Shown here piece after piece: positions 16,943 through 26,605 of a DNA stretch of 44,312 bases. Under the pieces are notes generated by a model that worked only from the letters and a program-made list of their open reading frames with translations, did not search any database and was not told the DNA's origin. The translations under genes were made by a program, and so were the position numbers. The number at the start of each line of letters is the position of its first letter. Positions within the stretch are counted from its first letter, which is position 1. Origin of the DNA: a virus (taxonomy: Duplodnaviria; Caudoviricetes); the IMG/VR virus record IMGVR_UViG_3300037424_000845, positions 1-44,312 of that record. One strand, given 5' to 3'.

Positions 16943-17256
16943 TTGACATGCTCGTCATCATTCGCGACCACCTCATTCATCCGTCGGTACGTGTCGACCG
17001 CCAGTGAGGCGGTCACGGGGACCCACACGCTGGGGGTCAGTTCGAGCTGCATCGGATATCGGATGTACTGCCGCCCGTCGATCACGACCAGCGAGACGAG
17101 TTCCGCCGGCGACTCTACTTTGACGACGATCTGCGCTTTGACCGCCTCGGCCATCGCAGCGGGCGGAGGGGTTAGTCTGTCGATCATCGACTGCGCAGCC
17201 ATCGCAATCACAGCAGCACATGCCAATGCAATGACAAATGCTTGGCCCTTATTCAT
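16939..17256 (-). CDS. Membrane-anchored or exported protein of the lysis region
   Basis: N-terminal hydrophobic segment AFVIALACAAVIAMAA. Confidence 0.6.
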   Translation of the reverse strand: MNKGQAFVIALACAAVIAMAAQSMIDRLTPPPAAMAEAVKAQIVVKVESPAELVSLVVIDGRQYIRYPMQLELTPSVWVPVTASLAVDTYRRMNEVVANDDEHVK

Positions 17257-17500
17257 TCCGTCTCCCTTCGAGGCGCGCGACGCGCTCCTTGACTCCAGAG
17301 ATTTCGTCGCCCTGTTGCTGGGATCTCACCGCCATCGTCTGTGACATCTCCGATATTGTCTCCGAGAGGCGCTCTACCTCGGCCGTCATGCGCCCGAACT
17401 TCGCTGCGAGGACCAGAGCCGAAATGAAGAGGGACAACGCGATCGAAGCAGCTCCAATCCAGTTGATGTTAAGCCCCCGGTGCGGGCGCTCTTCGGCCAT
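17249..17500 (-). CDS. Single-TM coiled-coil protein (holin/antiholin-like)
   Basis: WIGAASIALSLFISALVLA TM helix, then coiled coil ending ERVARLEG. Confidence 0.65.
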   Translation of the reverse strand: MAEERPHRGLNINWIGAASIALSLFISALVLAAKFGRMTAEVERLSETISEMSQTMAVRSQQQGDEISGVKERVARLEGRRNE

Positions 17501-17580
17501 GTATCGCCCCCGAACCGGCCGGACGACAGTCGGATGAGTCCCCGGGCCTATTGGGTTTTCCGACTGCCGACCGACCAGAG

Positions 17581-20226
17581 TTAGTCGTTGTCGATCGCCC
17601 ACGCGGACGCTGCGTCCGGAACCGTCACGTCTCGAAGCGTTGTAAACTCCCACACGGCCGGAATGCGCATATCGGTGAACTCCCACCGGGTCATCGCCCC
17701 GATCGGTACAACCTCACTGGAGCGATAGAGATCGAACTGGGCGATTCCGTTGATGTCGGTGCGCCCGGTCAGCTTGCCGAGCGCGACCGACCCGGATCCC
17801 GCCGTCACACCCCTGCCTTGCCACGTGACCACGACCTCGATCGAGTCGATACCGACACCTTCGCCCGTGACGGCTTGCCACCCCATGATGCAATGATCGG
17901 GTTCAAGGGCCTGGTCTAGCTCGATCGCGGTGAGCGCGATTGTCTCGGTCCAAGGCGGCTGATCGATCCTTCGGATGGTCCCGGTATCGGTCCCATACTC
18001 GCCGGGTCGCCACGCACGGTAGTAGTACGACGCTCCGAGTTCGATGTTCGTCTCGCACGTCCCTGCGACCCCCGTCATGAGCCAGTCGTGAAGGCTCGTG
18101 TTCAGCGCGTCCGTGAACAGCTTCACGGTTGCGTTCTGGACTGTCGCGGAGGTTGCGGCGTCCGTGACGGTGATGGTGAGCGGGTCCCCGTCCGTGCCTG
18201 TGACCCACTCGTTGACCTGCTCGGTGAGCGTGACAGTCCCGACGGCGCGCACGGAGTCGACTGCGGTAACGGCGACGACAGCCGCTATTTCTTCGGCCGT
18301 TGGCACATCCTCAAACTCTAGAGCCATATTCACCGAGAGATCGGCAATGTCAAGGCTCAGCCCAATCGACATGTCACTCAGGGAGGCGACTTCGTCGTCG
18401 AGTTGAAGATCGACTGCACTAGCGATCATCTCGGCAGAGACTGCCGTCATGTCCTGGATGACTTCAGGCGTAGTCGATCCGCCCATGTAGACCGACCATG
18501 CGCCCGTCGCGCTCCCGATTTGCGCCTCGTCGATATCCGCGATCCACGCGCGATCGCGCCACTGCGAAACCGCAAGGTCTCGTCGCGTGTCGCCTTCGGA
18601 CCCGTCGGGATGCCACCACTCGATGCGCACAGAGTCTGGATCATCTCCAGTAACGGAGAGGCTGAATGATGGGCAGCCGAAGCACGGAACTGCGCCGATG
18701 CTTCGGCCATCAAGCCCGGCTCCGACAAGAGGAGACACGATCGTCGGTGCGAGCGTCGGCGTCGCTCCATATGCTACCGAGTCAACAAACGCAGGATTCG
18801 CCCAAATACCGTTAGCGTCGTACCCGAACGCCTGCCACTCGGATAGCTCATCCACGGGTTGGGCTGATTGGCTCTGATCCAACCAATATTTGTACCCATC
18901 TCGGTCGTGCCACAGATTGTAATCCCACACGCTCGATGAGACGGTCGCTTCGATCTGCGCTCCGGGGTGAGTGCCGTCTCCCTCGTTCCATCCCGTCGAC
19001 TCCGCGAAGATGTTTCCGAGGATGTAAAACGGCCCAGCCGTGCTGCCGCCCGGCAGGGAACCCTCGTTGAGAATGATGCCCATGTCGGAGTAGTGGTATA
19101 GGGTGTTATGGACGAACCAGGTGTTTACGCCAGTCAACGTCACTCCGTCGTCTCCGCCTCTCCAGCACAAGTTGTCGCGAAGAATGCAGTTGGTCGGGAC
19201 CGGATGGTCCAGGCTCGGGTTCGACGTGTGCAACCAGATGAACTCGTCCATCACATCGTGAATGACGTTGTTTCGGACAATGAGCCCCTGTCCGGCGTAG
19301 CACATCCCGTGGTCGAAACCCGAGACCACATTGCGCTCGACGATCCCGCCGTAGACCTCGGGCCGGTGCATCCACAATCCGTCGCCGTGCGATCCGTCGG
19401 GCTCACCGAAGTTCGTCTCTCCTGAAAGGATCTCCCACCAGATCTTGCGTCGGGTCATCGTGTTGTCACCGACATACAGACCATGATGGCGCGCGGTGAC
19501 CAAGGCGTCATTGTTGGAGTCGAGAAAGTCGCATCGCGAAACTGTCACGCTGTCGATGTAATCCGTGTAGGGCGACGTGGAAAAGGACGAAAACACGATC
19601 GGACACGATTGCTGCTTTCCGCGCGGCTCGGGAAAGAGCGGGTCGTCGCTGAAGAACTCCAGTCCATCGAACAGGAACCCCGTGATTGATGTTCCGTCCC
19701 CGTACTTGTTCTCGACGTATAAGACGGGATCGTTTGACACCGACGAAAGCGTGTCCTGATCGTGCCAGTTGACGAACTGAATACGACCGCCATTGACCTT
19801 GCCGATGATCGCCCATCGCTCGCGCTTGCTCGATTGCGACTGCCAGATGATCGCGGTCGCATCGCCTGGAGACGTGACGACCGCACCATCGAATCGGGCC
19901 GTCACCCCCGTATCGGGCAGGATGTATGTCCAGTCGCCCGGGGTCCCTGATTTCGCCGCTGCCGGCTGCGCTTGGGTGGGAACGTCGGTGCTATCCCATA
20001 GCCCGATCCCCGGCTCGCCGTCGATCCCGGCGCAGAGTAGGAGCGTGTCGCCGCTCGCGAGGCTCGACGTGACGATCGCGTACTCCAGCGTCCTCCATGA
20101 GTTCAACTCGGTCAGTGCATCTCCTGAATCTGAACCGTCCGGAGCAAGATACCGGGTCGCCCCCTGGAGCGAGACGAGACCGGCGATCGCGACGACCATC
20201 CATCGTTCTCGGTGTGATGTCATCAT
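17581..20226 (-). CDS. Right-handed parallel beta-helix protein (pectate lyase/depolymerase-like) with putative signal peptide and C-terminal beta-sandwich domains
   Basis: ATRYLAPDGSDSGD..WRTLEYA start of mature region; repeats GGIVERNVV, LIVRNNVIHD, ILRDNLCW, FVHNTLY; DYNLW; ANPAFVD..SPLVGAG..SIGA. Start reassigned by TGATG coupling. Confidence 0.8.
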   Translation of the reverse strand: MMTSHRERWMVVAIAGLVSLQGATRYLAPDGSDSGDALTELNSWRTLEYAIVTSSLASGDTLLLCAGIDGEPGIGLWDSTDVPTQAQPAAAKSGTPGDWTYILPDTGVTARFDGAVVTSPGDATAIIWQSQSSKRERWAIIGKVNGGRIQFVNWHDQDTLSSVSNDPVLYVENKYGDGTSITGFLFDGLEFFSDDPLFPEPRGKQQSCPIVFSSFSTSPYTDYIDSVTVSRCDFLDSNNDALVTARHHGLYVGDNTMTRRKIWWEILSGETNFGEPDGSHGDGLWMHRPEVYGGIVERNVVSGFDHGMCYAGQGLIVRNNVIHDVMDEFIWLHTSNPSLDHPVPTNCILRDNLCWRGGDDGVTLTGVNTWFVHNTLYHYSDMGIILNEGSLPGGSTAGPFYILGNIFAESTGWNEGDGTHPGAQIEATVSSSVWDYNLWHDRDGYKYWLDQSQSAQPVDELSEWQAFGYDANGIWANPAFVDSVAYGATPTLAPTIVSPLVGAGLDGRSIGAVPCFGCPSFSLSVTGDDPDSVRIEWWHPDGSEGDTRRDLAVSQWRDRAWIADIDEAQIGSATGAWSVYMGGSTTPEVIQDMTAVSAEMIASAVDLQLDDEVASLSDMSIGLSLDIADLSVNMALEFEDVPTAEEIAAVVAVTAVDSVRAVGTVTLTEQVNEWVTGTDGDPLTITVTDAATSATVQNATVKLFTDALNTSLHDWLMTGVAGTCETNIELGASYYYRAWRPGEYGTDTGTIRRIDQPPWTETIALTAIELDQALEPDHCIMGWQAVTGEGVGIDSIEVVVTWQGRGVTAGSGSVALGKLTGRTDINGIAQFDLYRSSEVVPIGAMTRWEFTDMRIPAVWEFTTLRDVTVPDAASAWAIDND

Positions 20227-20873
20227 CAGTAGACCTCCACGAGTACGGCACCGAAAAGCACGCCCTGGCCGGTTCCTGCGTCGCCGGAGTTTCTTTCGAT
20301 CCCGATCCAAAGGAAATCATCGTAATCCGATATCGCACCAGCGACCACGCCCTGGACTTTCTTGCCCACGTACCCGTTGAATGGTGGTGTCGTGGTGACG
20401 GTTTCAGATGTCCACGCATACGTAGACGCGGCAGACGCGCCGTCAGCGCGAAACGTTAGGGAGTGTTCTCCGTCGGTCGCACCGGACGATCCGTAAGCGC
20501 ATGTGATTCGCACGGTCGTACGACCGGCCTTGTGCGCCTTTGGTATGTAGACACCCCACGTCAGGTAATCCGTTTCATCGAATAGCGCGACAGGGCCGAA
20601 GTACGTCCCAACGGAAGAAAACGTCACGCCGAAATTGCGTGTCGCCGCCGCGTCAAGAGACATGACCAGCGTGTCGGCGCTCGCGCCAAACCCGGCATAG
20701 AGAGTGTCAACCTCTCCGGGTGTGACGGCTCCGGCGCTTGCGATTTCTGCGATCACGTCGGTCCCGAGCTTGTCGAGCGTGACCGAGCCATCTCGGATCT
20801 CTTGGAGATGGGCTGCTCCTGACATGACAAGCGGGATCAACACGATGAGAATTATAGCGATCGACTTCTTCAT
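20226..20873 (-). CDS. Tail-fibre-like protein with N-terminal signal peptide
   Basis: MKKSIAIILIVLIPLVMSGA signal; IRDGSVTLDKL fibre repeat motif; C-terminal beta domain. Confidence 0.7.
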   Translation of the reverse strand: MKKSIAIILIVLIPLVMSGAAHLQEIRDGSVTLDKLGTDVIAEIASAGAVTPGEVDTLYAGFGASADTLVMSLDAAATRNFGVTFSSVGTYFGPVALFDETDYLTWGVYIPKAHKAGRTTVRITCAYGSSGATDGEHSLTFRADGASAASTYAWTSETVTTTPPFNGYVGKKVQGVVAGAISDYDDFLWIGIERNSGDAGTGQGVLFGAVLVEVY

Positions 20874-20881
20874 CGGTCCCC

Positions 20882-23236
20882 CTACCAGATTTTGACGTAG
20901 CCGCCACGGATCATCGTGTCGGTCGTGGCAGCCGCCGTGTCATCCGCGTGGTTCTCATCGCGTTCCAGAACGATGTAACACGAGAAGTCAGTAGACGCCG
21001 CCGATAGTTCAACGCCCGTGAAGTCGAACACGGCCTCGACCGTGGTGTATTCCGTGGACGACATCGTGATGGTTTTCGACTCGGCTGCATATCCCGACGG
21101 CGACGACACGTCCGTCATGGACTTCAGGATCATCCCGAAATTGAGTCGATGAACGTATGCCGTCTCGGTCCCTGCCGCGTCGTGCCATCCGAGAGCAAGG
21201 TGAATCTCGAAGTTGTTGGTATGCCTGCCAAGCAACCGACCGAAACTGAGGAACAGATCCCCGCTATCTGCGTCGTCACCATCGAGGATGTTGAACCGAC
21301 CATCGGACACCGCGTAACTCGTAATGTCCCCCGTCCAGTCATCGGTGTACACATCGATGGGGATGTACAGGGTATCCGCTGACCCATCGACTGACGCCTC
21401 CCGATGAACCCACCCCGACCCCGTGTCGTAGACGAACAGCGAGTTGGTCGTCCCGTCGTAGTAGGCTGCTCCCTGGGCGGCGGACTCATAGCCGGAAGGC
21501 AAATTGATCTGACCAGCCGTTACGTTGACGATCCCGTTGGTCACGTCGATCGCGTTCTTGCCGTCGGCGGCCGTGACTTCGAGGCACTCCCCGTTGTTCG
21601 TCGCGCTTAGGTCGACCATCGGTCCGCTGGCCTGGTTCGCCGTGATCGACACCAACGGTCCAGAGTTCCCAACCGACTGCGAGGACCCATCGTGGTAGAT
21701 GTAGCCGGTTCCCGAGTAGATGGCCGACGTGTTGCCCCAATCCCACTGAAACCCGCTGCCCGTGATGGTGTTCGCGCCGTTGTGGTAGACGTAGAAGGCA
21801 TCGCCCGTGTAGCCGTCCGGCGCGTCAACTCGGTAGCCCTTCGATGCACTACCGGATGCGTCCAGCCCGGCCCGATAGGCCGAGGTGAGCGCGTTGCTTT
21901 CATCGACGGTCGCCCACACAACCCCCGTTGTAGCGGCCCGCGTACCGCCATAGGCGTCGTCGACCAACAACGCGGACTTTGCTCCGGTATGAGCGATGCG
22001 AGCCGTTATCGCGGACGCCAGGTCGCCTTCGATGTACACCGCCGGGTAATCCGCGAGCGTCGGGTAGGTGAACGTCGGCCCCGTTGACGCAAAGAGTCCA
22101 ATCCCTTGCGTCGTTGACTTGAGCGCGGCCAACCCGACCGAGAAATCCCCACGACCCACGGCCGTGATCGCGGTCTGGTTGTCACCCGTCCCGTTCGCAT
22201 CAACCAGTATCCCGTCCGCCCCGTCGTCGGCAGACGTGAGATCGATGCGCAAGAATTCCTCGTCGCCGTCCGCAAACGTCCCACGCATGAACGAGTCATC
22301 GTCGATGAGAGACGGGTCGAGCGTCATGCGGCCCGAGCCCGACACGTCGAGCAGAACGTCCGTGTTGGTCGCGTTGCTCCCGATGAGCTGCAATCCGGTG
22401 CCGCCCGCCGACTGGATCTGCGCCGCCACCCCCGACCCGACATGCTCGGCCTTCAGCGCGACCCCGCTGGCGTCGCTGGCGACAATCTTCGCCCCGATCG
22501 CGCTTGCGCCGGAACTCGACACCGAGACGAGGCGCGTGCCGGCCCCGTCCACGTTCACGCCGGCCGAGGTCGTGTCGGCGTTGGATGCAGAGACGTAGAT
22601 GCCTTCCGCGCTCCCCCCGCTCGAGGTGTCGACGACCCGGAGGCCCGTGGTTCCGGACGCGGAACCGCCAACCGCGAGCGAGACGCCAGCCGACGACGCC
22701 CCGGCGATCCCTGTGACCGCGATCCCGGTCTGAGCGTTTGCCGTCCCCATCGCGACCGTGACGGCGCTTCCGCCGGCCGGGTTGTTTACCGACAGGTCGG
22801 CGTCGAAGCCCGAGGACGCGTTGGGTTCGAGCGCGATCTGCGTGGCCTCACTGATCTTCGCGCCTGTCACGGCGTCGGCCAGAATGTCGTCGGACTGCAC
22901 CGCGTTTTGCGCGTTCGCCGGTCCAATGATGAGGTGCTGCATCGCGGTCTGGGACCCGTTGACATACACGTCGTACTCGTCCGTGTTGTTCAGGTCGCCG
23001 TACGCGATCCACCACATTCCGCCGCTCGCGTAGGTCATGTCGTAGGCCGTCACGGCGTCATCGCTCGGCCGAAGGTCGACGTCGTCGGCGGCATCGGTCC
23101 ACGCGCCTGTAGCGTCCGCCACGTGCAAGTAGAACCGGCTTGCCTCGGGGTCGAGCGAGGACGCGGAACGGAACGTCAACAGCAAGGCGAGCAGCGCGAG
23201 GCTAACTCGCGACAACGAAATTCTGCCGCACCACAT
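20882..23236 (-). CDS. Tail fibre/adhesin-like beta-solenoid protein with N-terminal signal peptide
   Basis: SRVSLALLALLLTFRSASS signal-like region; ILADAVTGAKI repeat; G/A/S/T-rich solenoid; GAAYYDGTTNSLFVYDTGSGW fibre motif; GAGGAGG RBS. Confidence 0.7.
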   Translation of the reverse strand: MWCGRISLSRVSLALLALLLTFRSASSLDPEASRFYLHVADATGAWTDAADDVDLRPSDDAVTAYDMTYASGGMWWIAYGDLNNTDEYDVYVNGSQTAMQHLIIGPANAQNAVQSDDILADAVTGAKISEATQIALEPNASSGFDADLSVNNPAGGSAVTVAMGTANAQTGIAVTGIAGASSAGVSLAVGGSASGTTGLRVVDTSSGGSAEGIYVSASNADTTSAGVNVDGAGTRLVSVSSSGASAIGAKIVASDASGVALKAEHVGSGVAAQIQSAGGTGLQLIGSNATNTDVLLDVSGSGRMTLDPSLIDDDSFMRGTFADGDEEFLRIDLTSADDGADGILVDANGTGDNQTAITAVGRGDFSVGLAALKSTTQGIGLFASTGPTFTYPTLADYPAVYIEGDLASAITARIAHTGAKSALLVDDAYGGTRAATTGVVWATVDESNALTSAYRAGLDASGSASKGYRVDAPDGYTGDAFYVYHNGANTITGSGFQWDWGNTSAIYSGTGYIYHDGSSQSVGNSGPLVSITANQASGPMVDLSATNNGECLEVTAADGKNAIDVTNGIVNVTAGQINLPSGYESAAQGAAYYDGTTNSLFVYDTGSGWVHREASVDGSADTLYIPIDVYTDDWTGDITSYAVSDGRFNILDGDDADSGDLFLSFGRLLGRHTNNFEIHLALGWHDAAGTETAYVHRLNFGMILKSMTDVSSPSGYAAESKTITMSSTEYTTVEAVFDFTGVELSAASTDFSCYIVLERDENHADDTAAATTDTMIRGGYVKIW

Positions 23237-24173
23237 AGTAGGTAGCCTCCTCCTCGACGTAGAACACCCCGCCGGGGATTGCAATCATGGGCTCCACGCC
23301 GACCAGCTCGAGCTCACCCTGGTAGCCGAGCGCGCGTTGCGCCAGCGTCTCGTACTCAAACCCCGAGACGTGCCGCATCAACATGACGAAACTCGAATTT
23401 GCGTCCGGCTGGACGGCCAGCAGACCTCGGTGGTTCATGATCTTCACGACGAGTTGCGTTTCCGACCCCGTGACCGCCGGGTGAGGGAACCGGACCCGAG
23501 GGACGAACCCGTCTCGCGCGTAGCTCAGGTCGCCATAGGCGGACCGCCACGGCTGGAGTTTCTCCCACGGCTCGAATCGGATCTCAGGAAGCGGGTTGTC
23601 CGGGAACCCGTTCAGCGTCTCGAAGATCCGGTGTAGACGGGGCCGAGCGACAAACACCCGCGCGGTCGCGCTCGGCGTGTGAGACGCCATGAGGTACATC
23701 TTGAGCGTATCGTCGGTCGCGGTGGCGAACGAGGCGATCAACACCACCTGCGTCCACGCCATCTGAGTCAACGCCACGTCGCCGGTGTGGTGCGCCTCGG
23801 TCGTCGTGGTCCCGACGAGCTGCAACCGGAAGTCGGTGATGTCACGGTCCGGGCTCATGACCCAGCACGAGGCGAGGAAGGACTCATCGGTCACGGTCTG
23901 ACCGGTATCGAAGGTCGCGATGGCGTACCCGGTCTCGCTCGCGCTCACGCCGGACACCTCGAGGACGTAGCGGCCCCTTGGCCCGTATGGGTTGAACACA
24001 CGCGCGACGGCTCCATACGCGTCCCCGGCGGCCCAATCCCCGACACTGACCTCGAAGTCGTCATTTGCGCCGACAAGGTTCACGCCGCCAATCAGCCGGA
24101 TCTGCGGCTGGCTGAACGACGAGGGCGCATAGATCAGGTTTCCCGCCGCAACCGTCCACGAGCTGGCCGCCAT
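23202..24173 (-). CDS. Minor tail protein (distal-tail-like, with probable carbohydrate-binding domain)
   Basis: NLV..DDFE...W, ASCWVMS and WTQVVL resemble CBM4/9-type folds; TAATG coupling; position after the hub. Confidence 0.6.
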   Translation of the reverse strand: MAASSWTVAAGNLIYAPSSFSQPQIRLIGGVNLVGANDDFEVSVGDWAAGDAYGAVARVFNPYGPRGRYVLEVSGVSASETGYAIATFDTGQTVTDESFLASCWVMSPDRDITDFRLQLVGTTTTEAHHTGDVALTQMAWTQVVLIASFATATDDTLKMYLMASHTPSATARVFVARPRLHRIFETLNGFPDNPLPEIRFEPWEKLQPWRSAYGDLSYARDGFVPRVRFPHPAVTGSETQLVVKIMNHRGLLAVQPDANSSFVMLMRHVSGFEYETLAQRALGYQGELELVGVEPMIAIPGGVFYVEEEATYYVVRQNFVVAS

Positions 24174-26605
24174 TACACCACCTCCACGGCTTCGAGCGAC
24201 GACTGGAACGACCCGAGGTCGACTTTGCGCGCCGTGACGATTGCGGTTTTGTTGTCCGCGTCGAAGTCCATGAAGACCGGCACGCTGTCGAGCAACTCGA
24301 TGTGCGGGCGGAACGGCCCGTTGATCCGGTAGACGACGGTCCGGGGGCCGGAGCGCGCCAGCACGCGATCGGCCAGCGCCTGGCCGAACGAGGGTTGAAC
24401 CAGCTCGTTCTGAATCTGCACCTTGTTGGCGTCCGGGCTCTCGGTGTCGCCGGACTTGAAGACTTGCCCGCCCCATCCGGTGACAATCACCCCATCCACC
24501 TTTTGGGAAACCGATGCGATCTGAATGTCTGAGGCGCGGGCCAACGACTCCGTGTAGGTGCCGTAATTCATGTCGGACGACCGGACGACCAACCTGGGGG
24601 CAGCAGCCGTGTCGTTCCAGACGAACGCCGCCCATTGATCGACGGCGAGCAACGAAAGCGACATGATGTCGAACGCGCTTCGGTCCCGCATGTCGATCCG
24701 GGCGACGGTCGGCGAGGTGTTGAGGCTCGATTGGACGTAGTAGACGTACTCCTGCTCGTCGATCGTCGGGTCGTACTCGTCGATCGATCCGAGCATGAGG
24801 AACTGATCGGGAAGGCCCCCCAGGCCGTCAGCGGGCTCGCTGAGGCGCACCCTAGAGTTCTTGTAGTCAGGGTCGGGGTTGTTCAGGATGACGCTCCGGT
24901 AGCGCTCGCTGAACGCGCCTGTGGCATCCATCTCAAAGACCCGAACCGCCATGCCAAGCTCAAACGAGGTCTGGGGTCGGGTCGCGTCGCCGTAGGAGCG
25001 GATCAGAACCGCCACCCCGGAGTTGTCCCGGATCGGCACCGCGTCAACAATCACGTCGAGCCGCTGGTCGTAGTCGCCATCCCAGTCCTCGTTTTCCAGC
25101 AACCCAACGCCGTCGGCTGGGCCAAACGACAGGTCGCCGAAACCGAACGACTCGGCACCGAACGTCGTTGGCTTCCCAGCGGTTGGGTCGCCCCCAAAGT
25201 TGTTGACGACATAGCCCCACACCCCGCCATCGTTCCGCCACGTGTTTGCGTAACGGGTCGATAGCAGACCCCACCACACGCCATTTTGAACGTAGTGACA
25301 CGCGCTGAAATTCACGGTTGCTTGCCCGGAAACCGGGTCGTCCGTCTGGATTGACCAATCGGAATGCTTGATGACGGCAGCTCGGTAGCTGCACGGCGCG
25401 CTTTGGGGATCTTCCTTCGTGTAGACGCACATCGTGTAGAGGCCATCGGAGCTTCGGACCGCCCCCAGGATGTGGCGTATTCCGTCGATCGTCACCACGT
25501 TCGATATCCCGGACGGGTCCGGGTGAATTCGGATGTCACCAAGAGCGGGCGGGTTTGCGGTTCCAACATCGGATGTCGTTCGGTGCCAGCCATCCACCGC
25601 CCCAAGTAGCCCCCATGCGTAGACGTACGCGGTAACGCCATCGGACGAGACGGTCAACGAACGAAAGTTCTTCGGCCCGAACACCATCCGGATCGCGGGC
25701 CCGCTCGCGTAGTTCGGCGCAACCCGAAACAGGAACTGCGGCGTGAGGACCCAGAACTGCTCGCCGTAGGTGGCATCGGTCGCCGCAGGCAAGACACTCA
25801 ACCAGTCGTTCGGGATCGTCTGGCCCCACTTGATGCTCACGTCGGCGATGTTCTGATCCGCGATCGACCACTTCAGCACGTAGATCTGATTTCCGCCGAG
25901 CGCCGTGATGCCCCAGAACCAATCATGGGTCCCGTCGGTCTTGAGGAACCACAGCCCGCCGTACGGTCCGCCCATGCCCTGACGATCGTCGGTGACGAGG
26001 CTATCGTAGACCTGCGGGAACACCTGCGAGCCTTCGAGGTCGGCGTGCAAGGTGTAGTCCATCACGATGTCGTTGTGGTCGTCGACCCGATCCAGCATCT
26101 CCTGGCAGATTTGGCGAACCGTCTGGTTGCGCAGCCGGATATGCCGGTCGTCGCCATCCCAGGCAGCGCGGCGGCGCATCAACCCAACGTAGCTGATCGC
26201 GGTGATGAAGAGCGACGTGCCGAACTCGTTCGCGGTGAGTTGCTCCACGTCCACTACCCCGTACCACGCCGTCAGCTCGTCCGTGGCCTCTTGGTGGCCC
26301 GTGATGATCCTGAGCCGCCAGTCGCCCGCCTTGGCGTCATCGAAGATGCCGGGTGCGGTTCGCGATCCGATGAAATATCCGCTTCGGTTGTCCACCGGGA
26401 TCACCACATCGCCGCCGTCGAGCACGCCGTCGGAGGTGCGAACCGCCTCGTCGATCACGGGAGCGGAGCCACGCTCAGACGACGGGATCAAGTACCGAGT
26501 GATGTCACGCACCGCCCCGCCGCTCTTGTGAGTCAAGAGGTAGCGAACGAAGTAGGCCCCGCCGGCGCGGTTCAGGTGCATGTACCAGTCGGTGACGGTT
26601 TTCAC
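24173..26605 (-). CDS. Tail tip/baseplate hub protein
   Basis: 810 aa beta-rich protein downstream of the tape measure; RDITRYL N-terminus and PHIELLD C-terminal hub motif. Confidence 0.65.
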   Translation of the reverse strand: MKTVTDWYMHLNRAGGAYFVRYLLTHKSGGAVRDITRYLIPSSERGSAPVIDEAVRTSDGVLDGGDVVIPVDNRSGYFIGSRTAPGIFDDAKAGDWRLRIITGHQEATDELTAWYGVVDVEQLTANEFGTSLFITAISYVGLMRRRAAWDGDDRHIRLRNQTVRQICQEMLDRVDDHNDIVMDYTLHADLEGSQVFPQVYDSLVTDDRQGMGGPYGGLWFLKTDGTHDWFWGITALGGNQIYVLKWSIADQNIADVSIKWGQTIPNDWLSVLPAATDATYGEQFWVLTPQFLFRVAPNYASGPAIRMVFGPKNFRSLTVSSDGVTAYVYAWGLLGAVDGWHRTTSDVGTANPPALGDIRIHPDPSGISNVVTIDGIRHILGAVRSSDGLYTMCVYTKEDPQSAPCSYRAAVIKHSDWSIQTDDPVSGQATVNFSACHYVQNGVWWGLLSTRYANTWRNDGGVWGYVVNNFGGDPTAGKPTTFGAESFGFGDLSFGPADGVGLLENEDWDGDYDQRLDVIVDAVPIRDNSGVAVLIRSYGDATRPQTSFELGMAVRVFEMDATGAFSERYRSVILNNPDPDYKNSRVRLSEPADGLGGLPDQFLMLGSIDEYDPTIDEQEYVYYVQSSLNTSPTVARIDMRDRSAFDIMSLSLLAVDQWAAFVWNDTAAAPRLVVRSSDMNYGTYTESLARASDIQIASVSQKVDGVIVTGWGGQVFKSGDTESPDANKVQIQNELVQPSFGQALADRVLARSGPRTVVYRINGPFRPHIELLDSVPVFMDFDADNKTAIVTARKVDLGSFQSSLEAVEVV

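Noticed and set aside
17581-23236. Diversity-generating retroelement targeting the fibres
   Set aside because: No reverse transcriptase and no template/variable repeat pair were seen.
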